A model generated the notes under the pieces. The model was not told the DNA's origin, did not search any database, and was given only the letters and a program-made list of their open reading frames with translations. Shown here piece after piece: positions 18,885 to 28,157 of a stretch of 64,000 nucleotides of DNA (position 1 is its first letter; every line of letters starts with the position of its first letter). The stretch lies in contig CAYRUS010000002.1 of assembly GCA_964427735.1 (NCBI GenBank), forward strand, positions 67,734-131,733, written 5' to 3'. Origin of the DNA: an uncultured Gammaproteobacteria bacterium (lineage in GTDB: Bacteria > Patescibacteriota > Microgenomatia > UBA8517). A program made the position numbers and the translations under genes.

Positions 18885-19709
18885 CTATTTGTTACTTGAA
18901 AGATCTCCTGAAACTACAAAATAATCAATTATCCATTGCTTTATCCTATGGTGTTTTGATTTAATCCCGCCTACTGTGTTCTCTAGTACATATGCAATCT
19001 CTTTATCTGGCAAACCTGCAAAATATTTTAAAAATATTAGAGTCTTCTCATCCTCCTCTAAAGAATTAATAGCACTAATTAGTGTATTAAGATATTTCTC
19101 TTTGTCTACACCTGAATCTTTACTACTAACTTTAAATAAGTTTTGGACACTAGGATCATCGATATCAACACTCATCAAATATCTGTCACTTCTTTCTTGA
19201 TCCCTATAATACCTAGAAATTTTGCTTTTAGCTATTTTGTACAACCACGCCCTTCTTAAAATATTTTCATCGTATCCTGGATTAGGAACAAAATTTCCAT
19301 ATGTATTATATGCAGACTCAAAAACCTGACTTGTAACATCTTCTGCATCTTGACTATTAGGAAGATGAAATCGAACATAATTAAGAATTCTCTGATGATA
19401 TTGATCAAATATTTCTTCAAACTCCCTTTCCTTTTCTCCTTGTAGTTCTGGATAAACTCTTCTTGTTTCAATTTTCTTTTTTACTGCGTAACCTACTCCT
19501 ACTGCTGCTAGTGTAAAAACAATTGCACCTGCTATTTTTTTTGGGGTTAATTTAAGATGATATTTTTCTAAGACTTTGGTGATTTTATTGTATTGTTCAT
19601 TATCTACACGCAGCTCAACTGGTGTAGAAATTCCATTCTCCTCAAAAAAGATATTTATGGTTACAAAATCTTCTTTTAAGTTATCTGTCTCTTTATAGGA
19701 TTCTTTCAT
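18885..19709 (-). CDS. ECF-type sigma-70 factor (regions 2 and 4) preceded by an ~80-aa N-terminal extension containing a TM helix
   Basis: Region 2 EFEEIFDQYHQRILNYVRFHLPNSQDAEDVTSQVFESAYN. Region 4 LEEDEKTLIFLKYFAGLPDKEIAYVLENTVGGIKSKHHRIKQWI. TM KKIAGAIVFTLAAVGVGYAVKKK. No internal ATG/GTG/TTG between the TM helix and the sigma domain. Confidence 0.6.
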   Translation of the reverse strand: MKESYKETDNLKEDFVTINIFFEENGISTPVELRVDNEQYNKITKVLEKYHLKLTPKKIAGAIVFTLAAVGVGYAVKKKIETRRVYPELQGEKEREFEEIFDQYHQRILNYVRFHLPNSQDAEDVTSQVFESAYNTYGNFVPNPGYDENILRRAWLYKIAKSKISRYYRDQERSDRYLMSVDIDDPSVQNLFKVSSKDSGVDKEKYLNTLISAINSLEEDEKTLIFLKYFAGLPDKEIAYVLENTVGGIKSKHHRIKQWIIDYFVVSGDLSSNK

Positions 19710-19826
19710 TAGTTTTGTTCTTTTAGCAAAGGCAGTATATCCTAATAATGCTTTTATTTGAACAAGCTCAAGTTTGAAGTTTTTTGTGCTGGAACGTAAA
19801 AGTCTTGATTTAATACTTAAATTTTC

Positions 19827-22800
19827 TTAATTGCTTTTAAGACCGGCTACAAACATATGCATTTTACCGCTAACCGCCTGACCGTTTGTTGTCCCCAAAA
19901 ATCCATTGGAACCGTCTTTTAAGACAGAGCCACAAGAAACGCCTTTAGCACAATGACCAATTTCTCCTCCGCCTTCGTGTCCAAAAATAACGGTATTGTT
20001 GTCCAAAACACTAGTAACTGCGTCTCGAACCTGTGAATATCTGGACTGATCTGGATGACCAGGGACATAAAATAAAACTTCCGGTGATCCACCTAACTCC
20101 GAAACAGTTTCTTGCACAATACGCTTGGATGCATTTACATCTCCTTCAGAGCCAAAAGTTTCACCAATACCTCTTGTCGCAATACTAAAGGATCCCTGTA
20201 CTAAAACTGCAGTTATTGTTCCGGAATTGAAATTTTTGTTGGTTAGGCTTCCGCCATTTATATATGCACCTGATCCAATAATTTTAATTGAATCGGGAAC
20301 TGGATCTCCAAAGGATTGCTTAAGTTCTGGCAAAATCCCTAAAAGGGTTAGTGAGTTGTCATCATAATGACCGGGACCAAATAAATGAATCAAATTTTTC
20401 TTGTTTTTATCTATATGCGGAACCAATAAATTAGCTAAATTCTTTCCTGCACCCAAATAATCCACTACATTATTTGAGTTTCTAATACTAGTACTTACAA
20501 CCTGAACATTTTCTATATTTGTACCTCCGAAAGCAAATATGGAAATTGATCGATTATCATGAGGAACAAATTGCTCTCTTGTAAGTGAATTATAATTTGT
20601 ACTGTTTGTTCCTGCACCTGCAAGCGGTATGCCTGATCCGAATGCGGCCTCAATCTTTTGTACTACTTCATTCCATGATCCGATATTATTATTTACTAAT
20701 ATAATTTTTGGAACTCCTTGCCCATAGGACGTTTTTGCTTCATTAATTGCTTCATCAATCATAGATGTTATTTTTTCGGACGACGGAAGTGTAGCTCCTG
20801 CACTTACAGCATGACCAGAAGACGCTTTTAATTTTGGATTGTCACTACTAGGTGACGAAGTTACTACTGGGGTCGGGTTAGGAGAATCAATAACGTAATT
20901 ATTTAACCAAATTACATAATCAATCCCATCGACTTTACCATTTCCATCAAAATCACCTTTAGATGAACCAGCTGTTGTGTTTGTATCATAATTGACAAGC
21001 CAAACTACATAATCCAAACCGTCCACTATTTCATCTCCATTTGCATCACCTGGAATAGATGGAGTTGATGAAGGCGCTTGAGTTGGAACAGGTGTAGCAT
21101 TTGGATCTGAAGGCTTGGCTTCAATAGCAGCTACAACGTTATCAATATAGTATAAATCACCAACAGGATATACAGGTGAGTCGAGGTACTTAACTAACTC
21201 TTCTCTAGATGCGTTTAAGATTTGTGCTTTTGCCTGAAATAAAGCATGAGTTTGTTGATACGCAGTCATGCCGCCTTCTCCTTGTTGTTCTCTATTTTGA
21301 CCAACAAACCACAAAGGAGCTATTGATTCGTATTTGTTTACAGCTTCTTGAACTTTTGGTAAAGCATTTGTTCTCAAGTGATTTGAAAGTTCAGGAGATA
21401 GTTCCATAAAATTGTACGCAGTGACAAGTGACCAAAAATATCTATCTCCGACACTATTCCCTGTATTTGGTCTTAAATCATAGGTAAATGTTTGAGCTCT
21501 TAAGTTAAGCAGTCTATTTAATTCTGCTTGATGTGCTGAATAAGAACTGCTCGGCTCGCCCGCTAATTTTGCAAGTTCTATGTACCCTTTGTAACCGGTT
21601 ATATAAGCATTGAATGCATGCGGGAAGGACTGTAGATCTGCGTCCGACATTGGAGTTGTTGATTTTAATTTGCTTTTTGCTGCAGCAAATATTTGCTTCG
21701 GATCACCTAATCCCGCCTCTGCATATTTCCACATAGCATAAAAATTTTGAGGTGGAATGACGTACCCTTTGAATGAAGAGTTAGTCGAAGGTCCAAGATT
21801 TTTAATCTTTTCGTACGTCAAAGGTAGAAAATCAAAACCTTCCCTGAATTTTCCATCTTTCCATCCAATATGTGAATATGTGTATGGTGGGAATTGATTG
21901 AACTCGCTTTGAATATAACTTTTTAACTGAGATTGCAGATTCGATGGCAGATAAGGTAACGCTTTGAGCAAAATATAAATCGTGTCACCGGGATTATGCC
22001 AATAATCTAATAAATTATCTCCCAACCAATTTCTTTGCGGGGAATCCAGGCTTCCTGAAATTCCATAGCCGGGTTTTAGATGGCCAGTAGCAATCATTTT
22101 TTGTACTTCCTCAGCAAGAATTGACTTTAGGGTGGACTCAGGAATTATATTTGATGAGGTAACAGGGTTTTTTATTGAACTTGATGATAAAACAGGTGCA
22201 TTAGACCCCGCACCTCCAACTCCAAAAGCTACAAGTGCATTTGACCTAATAACATACATTTTGCCTTTATAAATTGCCGGTCCAACATTGTCACCGTGTT
22301 CATAGTACCAGACTCCGTGCTGTCCGTTAGAAAAATCCCATATGAATTTATAATGTTCTTTTTCATATCCTGAAGGCATTGATGGCGCAGGAGGATTTCC
22401 AACACCATGGACAAACCTCCATTGTCTTGTATTGTCTAAACTGGGGAAAGTTGTATTTGGTTTTGAAATATCCACAGCACCAATAAACCTGTCACAGCAA
22501 AGGTTCCAGTAAACATATCTACCTGCTCCTGAAATTCCTGCTGGTTCATCAGCAGGAAAATGACCGCTTTGCTGAGACATTCTTGAAAAAGGCAAACTAA
22601 TATGAGGCGTACCAACCTTCCAGCCGACCGGAACCGTTGATGCAAAGGTGCTTGTATTTACCATAATCATATTCCTGAAATATGGAACTTGGTCAAATCC
22701 ACTAACAACAGGAGGATAAATTGTTCCATGATCCTGAGTTGCACGAGCTATAGGTGCTGCATCTGGTCTTCCGTCATTGTCCAGATCATAATTTTCCTCA

Positions 22801-23798
22801 CTACCACTGGCTTGGTTTAACACAAAAACAGTTCTAGTATCTCTATTTTCTTCATAATAGTCTAATATACTCTTACCCAGAGGGTTGTTTCGCAAATCTG
22901 CTGTAATTGTTCCATTCACCCAATCACCAGATTCTGTTCCCAACGTTCCTGCAACATATCCTGAACGGTCAGGATTTGTAAAAAGCCATTCATTTTCTAA
23001 ATAAATATTACTATCACCAGAAAAATCAGTACTTGTATTCCTCTCATATTCGGTTTTTGTGAAGATTACTTTGTCCTTATAAACCACCGGCCACCATGAA
23101 TACCAACCCATTGTTGGTAATTTTGTTTTCCAGGCAAGAGATCCGTTCGTATTTAAAGCATAAGCATGACCATCATTAGAACCAAAATATATTTTGCCGT
23201 TAGCGTACGCGGCAGAATGAAGAATCTGTCCCCCGGTTTTGTATTTCCACGCGAGGCTGCCGTTAGTATTTAGTGCATACATATGCTTATCGCGGCTGCC
23301 GATAAAAATTTTGTTTTCTGCAAATAATGGGCTTGTTTCGAATCCCCCATCTGCTGCAAATTCCCAAATTTTGTTCCCATTGCTCGCATTTACTGCATAC
23401 ACCTTTCTATCAAGACCACCAACATACAGCACTCCATTTGCATATGTCGGTGAATGACCCAATGGTAATTCTGTAGGAAACACCCACTTTTCGCTTCCAT
23501 TTTCTGCGTCATAAGCATAAAGTCCTCGTGAAGTTGATACATAAACTTTACCTTCGGCTCCAACCACTTGTACTTTTTGCGGAATGTATGGAACAATTGG
23601 TCTCACCCATAGCTCGTCTAAATTTCCTGCTGAAGGTTCTTCTGATATCCAGCTTGTCCTTTGTGGATTAGCACCTGCTGTTGACCAAGGAGTGTCTTGA
23701 GATTGTGCAGAAACAGAAACTTGGTATTTAATATATATTCCATAAATTAATCCAGACAATACAAAAACAGAAATTATCAGTAAAATTAATTTTCTCAT
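19827..23798 (-). CDS. Very large secreted protein (1323 aa) with an N-terminal PQQ-type beta-propeller, a central domain of unknown fold, an internal type-I dockerin and a C-terminal possible metallophosphatase-like domain
   Basis: Signal peptide. PQQ repeats (GKVYVSTSRGLYAYDAENGSEKW, VLYVGGLDRKVYAVNASNGNKIW, KIFIGSRDKHMYALNTNGSLAW, KIYFGSNDGHAYALNTNGSLAW). Dockerin GDANGDEIVDGLDYVVWLVNYD...GDFDGNGKVDGIDYVIWLNNY. C-terminal VIFGHEGGGEIGH. Confidence 0.55.
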   Translation of the reverse strand: MRKLILLIISVFVLSGLIYGIYIKYQVSVSAQSQDTPWSTAGANPQRTSWISEEPSAGNLDELWVRPIVPYIPQKVQVVGAEGKVYVSTSRGLYAYDAENGSEKWVFPTELPLGHSPTYANGVLYVGGLDRKVYAVNASNGNKIWEFAADGGFETSPLFAENKIFIGSRDKHMYALNTNGSLAWKYKTGGQILHSAAYANGKIYFGSNDGHAYALNTNGSLAWKTKLPTMGWYSWWPVVYKDKVIFTKTEYERNTSTDFSGDSNIYLENEWLFTNPDRSGYVAGTLGTESGDWVNGTITADLRNNPLGKSILDYYEENRDTRTVFVLNQASGSEENYDLDNDGRPDAAPIARATQDHGTIYPPVVSGFDQVPYFRNMIMVNTSTFASTVPVGWKVGTPHISLPFSRMSQQSGHFPADEPAGISGAGRYVYWNLCCDRFIGAVDISKPNTTFPSLDNTRQWRFVHGVGNPPAPSMPSGYEKEHYKFIWDFSNGQHGVWYYEHGDNVGPAIYKGKMYVIRSNALVAFGVGGAGSNAPVLSSSSIKNPVTSSNIIPESTLKSILAEEVQKMIATGHLKPGYGISGSLDSPQRNWLGDNLLDYWHNPGDTIYILLKALPYLPSNLQSQLKSYIQSEFNQFPPYTYSHIGWKDGKFREGFDFLPLTYEKIKNLGPSTNSSFKGYVIPPQNFYAMWKYAEAGLGDPKQIFAAAKSKLKSTTPMSDADLQSFPHAFNAYITGYKGYIELAKLAGEPSSSYSAHQAELNRLLNLRAQTFTYDLRPNTGNSVGDRYFWSLVTAYNFMELSPELSNHLRTNALPKVQEAVNKYESIAPLWFVGQNREQQGEGGMTAYQQTHALFQAKAQILNASREELVKYLDSPVYPVGDLYYIDNVVAAIEAKPSDPNATPVPTQAPSSTPSIPGDANGDEIVDGLDYVVWLVNYDTNTTAGSSKGDFDGNGKVDGIDYVIWLNNYVIDSPNPTPVVTSSPSSDNPKLKASSGHAVSAGATLPSSEKITSMIDEAINEAKTSYGQGVPKIILVNNNIGSWNEVVQKIEAAFGSGIPLAGAGTNSTNYNSLTREQFVPHDNRSISIFAFGGTNIENVQVVSTSIRNSNNVVDYLGAGKNLANLLVPHIDKNKKNLIHLFGPGHYDDNSLTLLGILPELKQSFGDPVPDSIKIIGSGAYINGGSLTNKNFNSGTITAVLVQGSFSIATRGIGETFGSEGDVNASKRIVQETVSELGGSPEVLFYVPGHPDQSRYSQVRDAVTSVLDNNTVIFGHEGGGEIGHCAKGVSCGSVLKDGSNGFLGTTNGQAVSGKMHMFVAGLKSN

Positions 23799-26581
23799 TA
23801 TATAGAGTAGTTATTTAACCATATCACATAGTCTATTCCATCAACGTGTCCATTATTATTGAAGTCTCCTTTTGAAGCCCCATTTTGAGTATCAGTATCG
23901 TAATTAATTAACCATATCACATAGTCCAAACCATCTACAATTCCGTCTGCATTTGCATCTCCAGGAACAGATGGGATTGATGTCGGAGTAACTACATCAT
24001 AATCTCCAATTCTGAATGCAGTATCAGTAGATAAGTTATTTACAAACACTGCTATTTGACCATTACTATCGCTAGTAATATTTTTTGTTGAAGAAATTGT
24101 GCCTGAATTTGTGTCCCATTCCTCTATTTTATAAGTTGAGTTAGGGGAAAAACCAGAAATTTTTACCTCTGAAGATTGAGGATTTATATTCACTCCATCT
24201 ACTACGTTTTTCCAAGTATGGTCAATATTTTGCACCCAAATATGTGCTTTCTGATTTATCATATCTTTTTGCCCCCACACTCTTATATTTGCATTAGAAG
24301 AGATTGCTTCTGCATCTACATAATTACCGTTGTTTAGTGGTATGTCCTTTATAAAACGATAATAATTTCCGAATTTTGGTCTGTGATCATGAGATAATAT
24401 CTCGTTTTTACCTTTTTTGTATATTTGATTCGTAAAACTTCCTCCTGCAAAAAAATGTTCAATCAATCCATTAGGGTTAATACCTCCCCAAATAAAATTA
24501 TGCAGCCATACACCACTATCTTGATTAGAGGCAAAAGGATCGGATCCGGAGAATTGCCAGGCAACTTCACCACGAATAATTGGTTTTCCAGCACCGGTAT
24601 TAAGCTTAGCTCCACGCAAATCACTTAATGTCTTTGTAAACAAAGCAGAATCAAAATATCCTTCTTCTCCCTCGTCTGCATATTCATGGATATCAGCATA
24701 ATCAATATTTGGGTAATTCCCTGATGTATTCCTCCAAAAATGGTAAGGATATCCTCCACTAAAAAACGACGTTGTGACTAAGTGATCATTTGGATGATCA
24801 TAATCGCACGCATTACTTGAATTAATCTCAAATACTCCACAGTGCATAAATTTTCCAAATTCATCAGCTAGAATCCAGTGAGGTCCATCTGTTGGTCCAG
24901 GAGGTCCTTCATTTAAAAGTTCCCATGAATGCACATTTTCTGAATATCCCCATCTTCCCTGCATGTATCTCCACCATGCCTTTTGCAACCAACGAACCTT
25001 TGTTTCTCCTGCCAACTCTCTACCGTTTCCATAAAAATAATTACTATCTTTTACATAAGCGAGTGTTCCGTCGCTTTTTATAGTTGTAAATATATAGTCA
25101 TTTTTTTCTAGCATTACCATTTTTAGATAAACATCATGTTCTCCCGCTAATTCCAAAACTTTATCTAAGGCATATGCATCGCGCTGACTTACATAAGTAT
25201 GGTGATCCAAATCAGGCTTGTAAATAATATTTGGTCCATAATTCCCTCCACCTAAATCTTCCTCCATCCAAATATTTTCAACAAATACATGTCCGCTTGA
25301 TTGATTCTGAGGAGAATTTGATAGATTCTCTAAACTCAAATAAAGAAATTGGATAAAATCTTTGTCACCACTATTATAATACCCTTCCAGAATTCTCCAT
25401 CCAGGATTTTCAGGGTCGGAATAATCGGTCCATGGATCGTTAGAAGTTCTTTGATACGTAGCAGCTAAAACAGTACCCATCCCTGGATAGTCGCATCTTT
25501 TTGTCTCATCTGTATCATGCCAAAGCCATCCACCTTCCTTCACAGTAAAACCATAGGGTTGCCCTGATACTTTTGGTCCTACAAATCCTTGTGCATTGTA
25601 ACGAACTCTAATTCTATAATTTGTGTTTCTTTTGACAGTAACTGGCGCATTATTAAAACCTAATAATCTACATGGTGTAAATTTATACATCTGTCCATCT
25701 CCCGCAACAGTAGTATCGTAATTAAGCCACATAAAATAATCAGAACCGAAAATATCAGGGGGTGACGTTAAATTTGCATATGCCGTAAGCTGAGCATCGT
25801 TTCTTTGGATCAATCCCATTATTGCTTCATTTTTTATATGGGCACGATTTGGGGAAAACCAAGCACCGTATGCAGATCCATAAATTGATTTTTGTGAAAT
25901 CCAAACTCTCGATAATTGAATACCATTTTCCCCCATCGCAGAGAATTCCTCGACATTACCCAATAATGGATTTATAAAATCAAGATTTCCTGCATTAAGA
26001 TTAAAACCTAATGCAGGAAAGTAAGTTCCATCTTCGTGCTCAAAATACCTTACATCCTGTGAGCTTACTTTGACTGGACCATGATGCGAGGATTCAACCA
26101 CATTAAAATTTACTTCAGAAGTTTGTACTGTTCCTTCATCATCCTCGGCATAAAGTTGGTATTTCCAACTACCTGTTTTGTTAGGTGAAAATCTTACTTT
26201 CCATTTATAAATTGCGGTTGGATAAAGCCAATCATTATTATTTTTTACCTCTCTCTCAAATTCTTGATAATAAAAAGCGGGCTGAATATGAGTTTTACCA
26301 TCTGGATCTGTGAATTTAGCATTTACTGTTATACCCTGACCTGATTCCAATCCTAAAGGAGGATCTGGATCATATGGGAAAAACATGTTAGTTGCAACAG
26401 AATTTTCTATATCAAAAGTAATTTCTATTTTCTCAAATTTTGGTACTGATGAATTTGTGTAATCAGTCTTGTTATCTGTTATATTTTGTATTTCAAGCTG
26501 ACCAGTTTGAGCTTTTGTCTGTTTTGTAATAAACAAGACTGGAAAGACTAACACTATAGCAACAAGAACAAATTTTTTCAT
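23798..26581 (-). CDS. Secreted putative glycoside hydrolase (GH-A clan TIM-barrel, GH5-like) with an N-terminal Ig-like domain and a C-terminal type-I dockerin
   Basis: Signal peptide. VHSWELLNEGP matches the NEP acid/base strand of clan GH-A. C-terminal GDANADGIVDGLDYVIWLINYD...GDFNNNGHVDGIDYVIWLNNY dockerin. Confidence 0.5.
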   Translation of the reverse strand: MKKFVLVAIVLVFPVLFITKQTKAQTGQLEIQNITDNKTDYTNSSVPKFEKIEITFDIENSVATNMFFPYDPDPPLGLESGQGITVNAKFTDPDGKTHIQPAFYYQEFEREVKNNNDWLYPTAIYKWKVRFSPNKTGSWKYQLYAEDDEGTVQTSEVNFNVVESSHHGPVKVSSQDVRYFEHEDGTYFPALGFNLNAGNLDFINPLLGNVEEFSAMGENGIQLSRVWISQKSIYGSAYGAWFSPNRAHIKNEAIMGLIQRNDAQLTAYANLTSPPDIFGSDYFMWLNYDTTVAGDGQMYKFTPCRLLGFNNAPVTVKRNTNYRIRVRYNAQGFVGPKVSGQPYGFTVKEGGWLWHDTDETKRCDYPGMGTVLAATYQRTSNDPWTDYSDPENPGWRILEGYYNSGDKDFIQFLYLSLENLSNSPQNQSSGHVFVENIWMEEDLGGGNYGPNIIYKPDLDHHTYVSQRDAYALDKVLELAGEHDVYLKMVMLEKNDYIFTTIKSDGTLAYVKDSNYFYGNGRELAGETKVRWLQKAWWRYMQGRWGYSENVHSWELLNEGPPGPTDGPHWILADEFGKFMHCGVFEINSSNACDYDHPNDHLVTTSFFSGGYPYHFWRNTSGNYPNIDYADIHEYADEGEEGYFDSALFTKTLSDLRGAKLNTGAGKPIIRGEVAWQFSGSDPFASNQDSGVWLHNFIWGGINPNGLIEHFFAGGSFTNQIYKKGKNEILSHDHRPKFGNYYRFIKDIPLNNGNYVDAEAISSNANIRVWGQKDMINQKAHIWVQNIDHTWKNVVDGVNINPQSSEVKISGFSPNSTYKIEEWDTNSGTISSTKNITSDSNGQIAVFVNNLSTDTAFRIGDYDVVTPTSIPSVPGDANADGIVDGLDYVIWLINYDTDTQNGASKGDFNNNGHVDGIDYVIWLNNYSI

Positions 26582-26653
26582 TAATATAATTCATATTATT
26601 ACTTTACAAACTAAAAGCAAAGTAGTTTGAAAATGAGTGAAACAAATTAAAAC

Positions 26654-26682
26654 TTGACAACGATTTAACTCTTCAGTAGAGT
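26654..26682 (+). promoter_or_regulatory. Candidate sigma-70 promoter TTGACA-17 bp-TAGAGT upstream of the CAP-domain gene, with a very short leader
   Basis: TTGACA at 26654-26659 and TAGAGT at 26677-26682. ATG at 26695. Confidence 0.3.
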
Positions 26683-26694
26683 GTTGGCTTATAA

Positions 26695-27354
26695 ATGCTA
26701 AAAAAGCCTGCCATAGCATTAAGTGTTTTTTTAATACTCTTGTTTTTAGTTGCAAGCCCGGCTAAAGCTAGCCTTTTTGACTTTTCAGATTCTTCTTTTG
26801 TGACTTCAATAATTAATTCAATCAAAAGCAGGCTTACAAATATCTCTATAGACTCCATTAATAAAGAAAACTTTTCAACCACACCACCTAAGATTTTATC
26901 GGAAGCTAGTCCTCCAATCGCTACTCCATCGCAATCATCTTCCCCTGCTCCAGGTCCAAAACCAACTACTACTCCTACAATTAATCCTTCGACTAACCCA
27001 GCAACCAGTGCAAAAACATATATCATGCTTGCAATTAACAATTACAGACTCTCTCGAGGATTGAGCGAAGTGCAAATAGACCCTTATACTTGTGCTCTTG
27101 CTAAAACAAGAGCCCAAGAGATCTCACGTGAGTTTAACCATGATGGGTTCAAAAATAGGATTAATAATAATTTGCTTCCTTACCCAACTTATTCTGAGGT
27201 GACAGAAAACATTGCCTCTACTTCTGATTTCAAAAGAGTAGTTGATTTGTGGATTAATTCACCAGGGCATGCAGAAAATATGAGAAAAAATACTCCTTAT
27301 GTCTGTGTTGAAAACTATGGAATGTATTACGTATACGAAGGATGGAGACCATAG
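26695..27354 (+). CDS. Secreted CAP/SCP/PR-1-like domain protein with a Pro/Thr/Ser-rich linker
   Basis: Signal peptide. YIMLAINNYRLSRGLSEV...HDGF...INSPGHAENM pattern of CAP domains. Confidence 0.6.
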   Translation: MLKKPAIALSVFLILLFLVASPAKASLFDFSDSSFVTSIINSIKSRLTNISIDSINKENFSTTPPKILSEASPPIATPSQSSSPAPGPKPTTTPTINPSTNPATSAKTYIMLAINNYRLSRGLSEVQIDPYTCALAKTRAQEISREFNHDGFKNRINNNLLPYPTYSEVTENIASTSDFKRVVDLWINSPGHAENMRKNTPYVCVENYGMYYVYEGWRP

Positions 27355-27359
27355 ATAAT

Positions 27360-28019
27360 TTATTTTTTCACTTTAACAAAATAAATTAACCAAGTAGTTC
27401 TTTCACTCGTTGGTCTTTCTTTAAAATCTAAAATCTCAAAATTATTTCTCTTTAATACATCTCTGAACTCTTCATCACTATAATAAGTAAATAATCTAGT
27501 CTGTGTCCCTTCCATCTCAGGTTCATCTTTTTCTATTCTCTCACCTTGACCTTTTTTAATTGATATAAATCCTATGCCATCCTCCTTTACTACTGTATAT
27601 ATATTATTCAAAGCTTCATCAATTCTGTTTTTAGGAATATGAAGGAGTGTTGCTGAAGACCAAAAACCCTCAAAATTATTTTCGGGGAAATTTAATTCGT
27701 ATAAAGACATTTTGATAAACTCAGCATTGGGGTTTACTTTTCTAGCTTCTCTCAGAAGTCCATCCGAAACATCTATACCTGTATAATCATAACCCAACTC
27801 CATTAATTCTTTCGCATCTCTTCCACTACCAGAACCAATTTCAAGTATCTTACCTGAAGGTAAAAGTTTATTAAAATTGCCCATTTCTTCCACCCAAAAA
27901 CGAGGCGAAGAGTGCTCAGTTGCCCATTTTTCTGCATTTGTATTATATGTTTCTACTGTAATTTCTTCCTCTTTTGTTAACTTCATGTTATACAGTATAC
28001 AACAAGCAAACATTCTCAA
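27360..28019 (-). CDS. Class I SAM-dependent methyltransferase
   Basis: Motif I ILEIGSGSGRDAKEL. Acidic motif II GIDVSDGLL. Confidence 0.8.
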   Translation of the reverse strand: MRMFACCILYNMKLTKEEEITVETYNTNAEKWATEHSSPRFWVEEMGNFNKLLPSGKILEIGSGSGRDAKELMELGYDYTGIDVSDGLLREARKVNPNAEFIKMSLYELNFPENNFEGFWSSATLLHIPKNRIDEALNNIYTVVKEDGIGFISIKKGQGERIEKDEPEMEGTQTRLFTYYSDEEFRDVLKRNNFEILDFKERPTSERTTWLIYFVKVKK

Positions 28020-28157
28020 ACTATATGAAAGTGAAATTTCAAACCTTTTCCTTACACAAGTCTTTCACAATTCTCAAAATTGATAACTTATAGTATAGGT
28101 GACGTGTTATGTATAATTATAGAATTACCTTTTTGAATATAACACTCCATATTAATC

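Noticed and set aside
26673-27117. Minus-strand ORFs 26673..27041 and 26935..27117 overlapping the CAP-domain gene
   Set aside because: Antisense to a gene with signal peptide and CAP motifs. Hydrophobic low-complexity translations.
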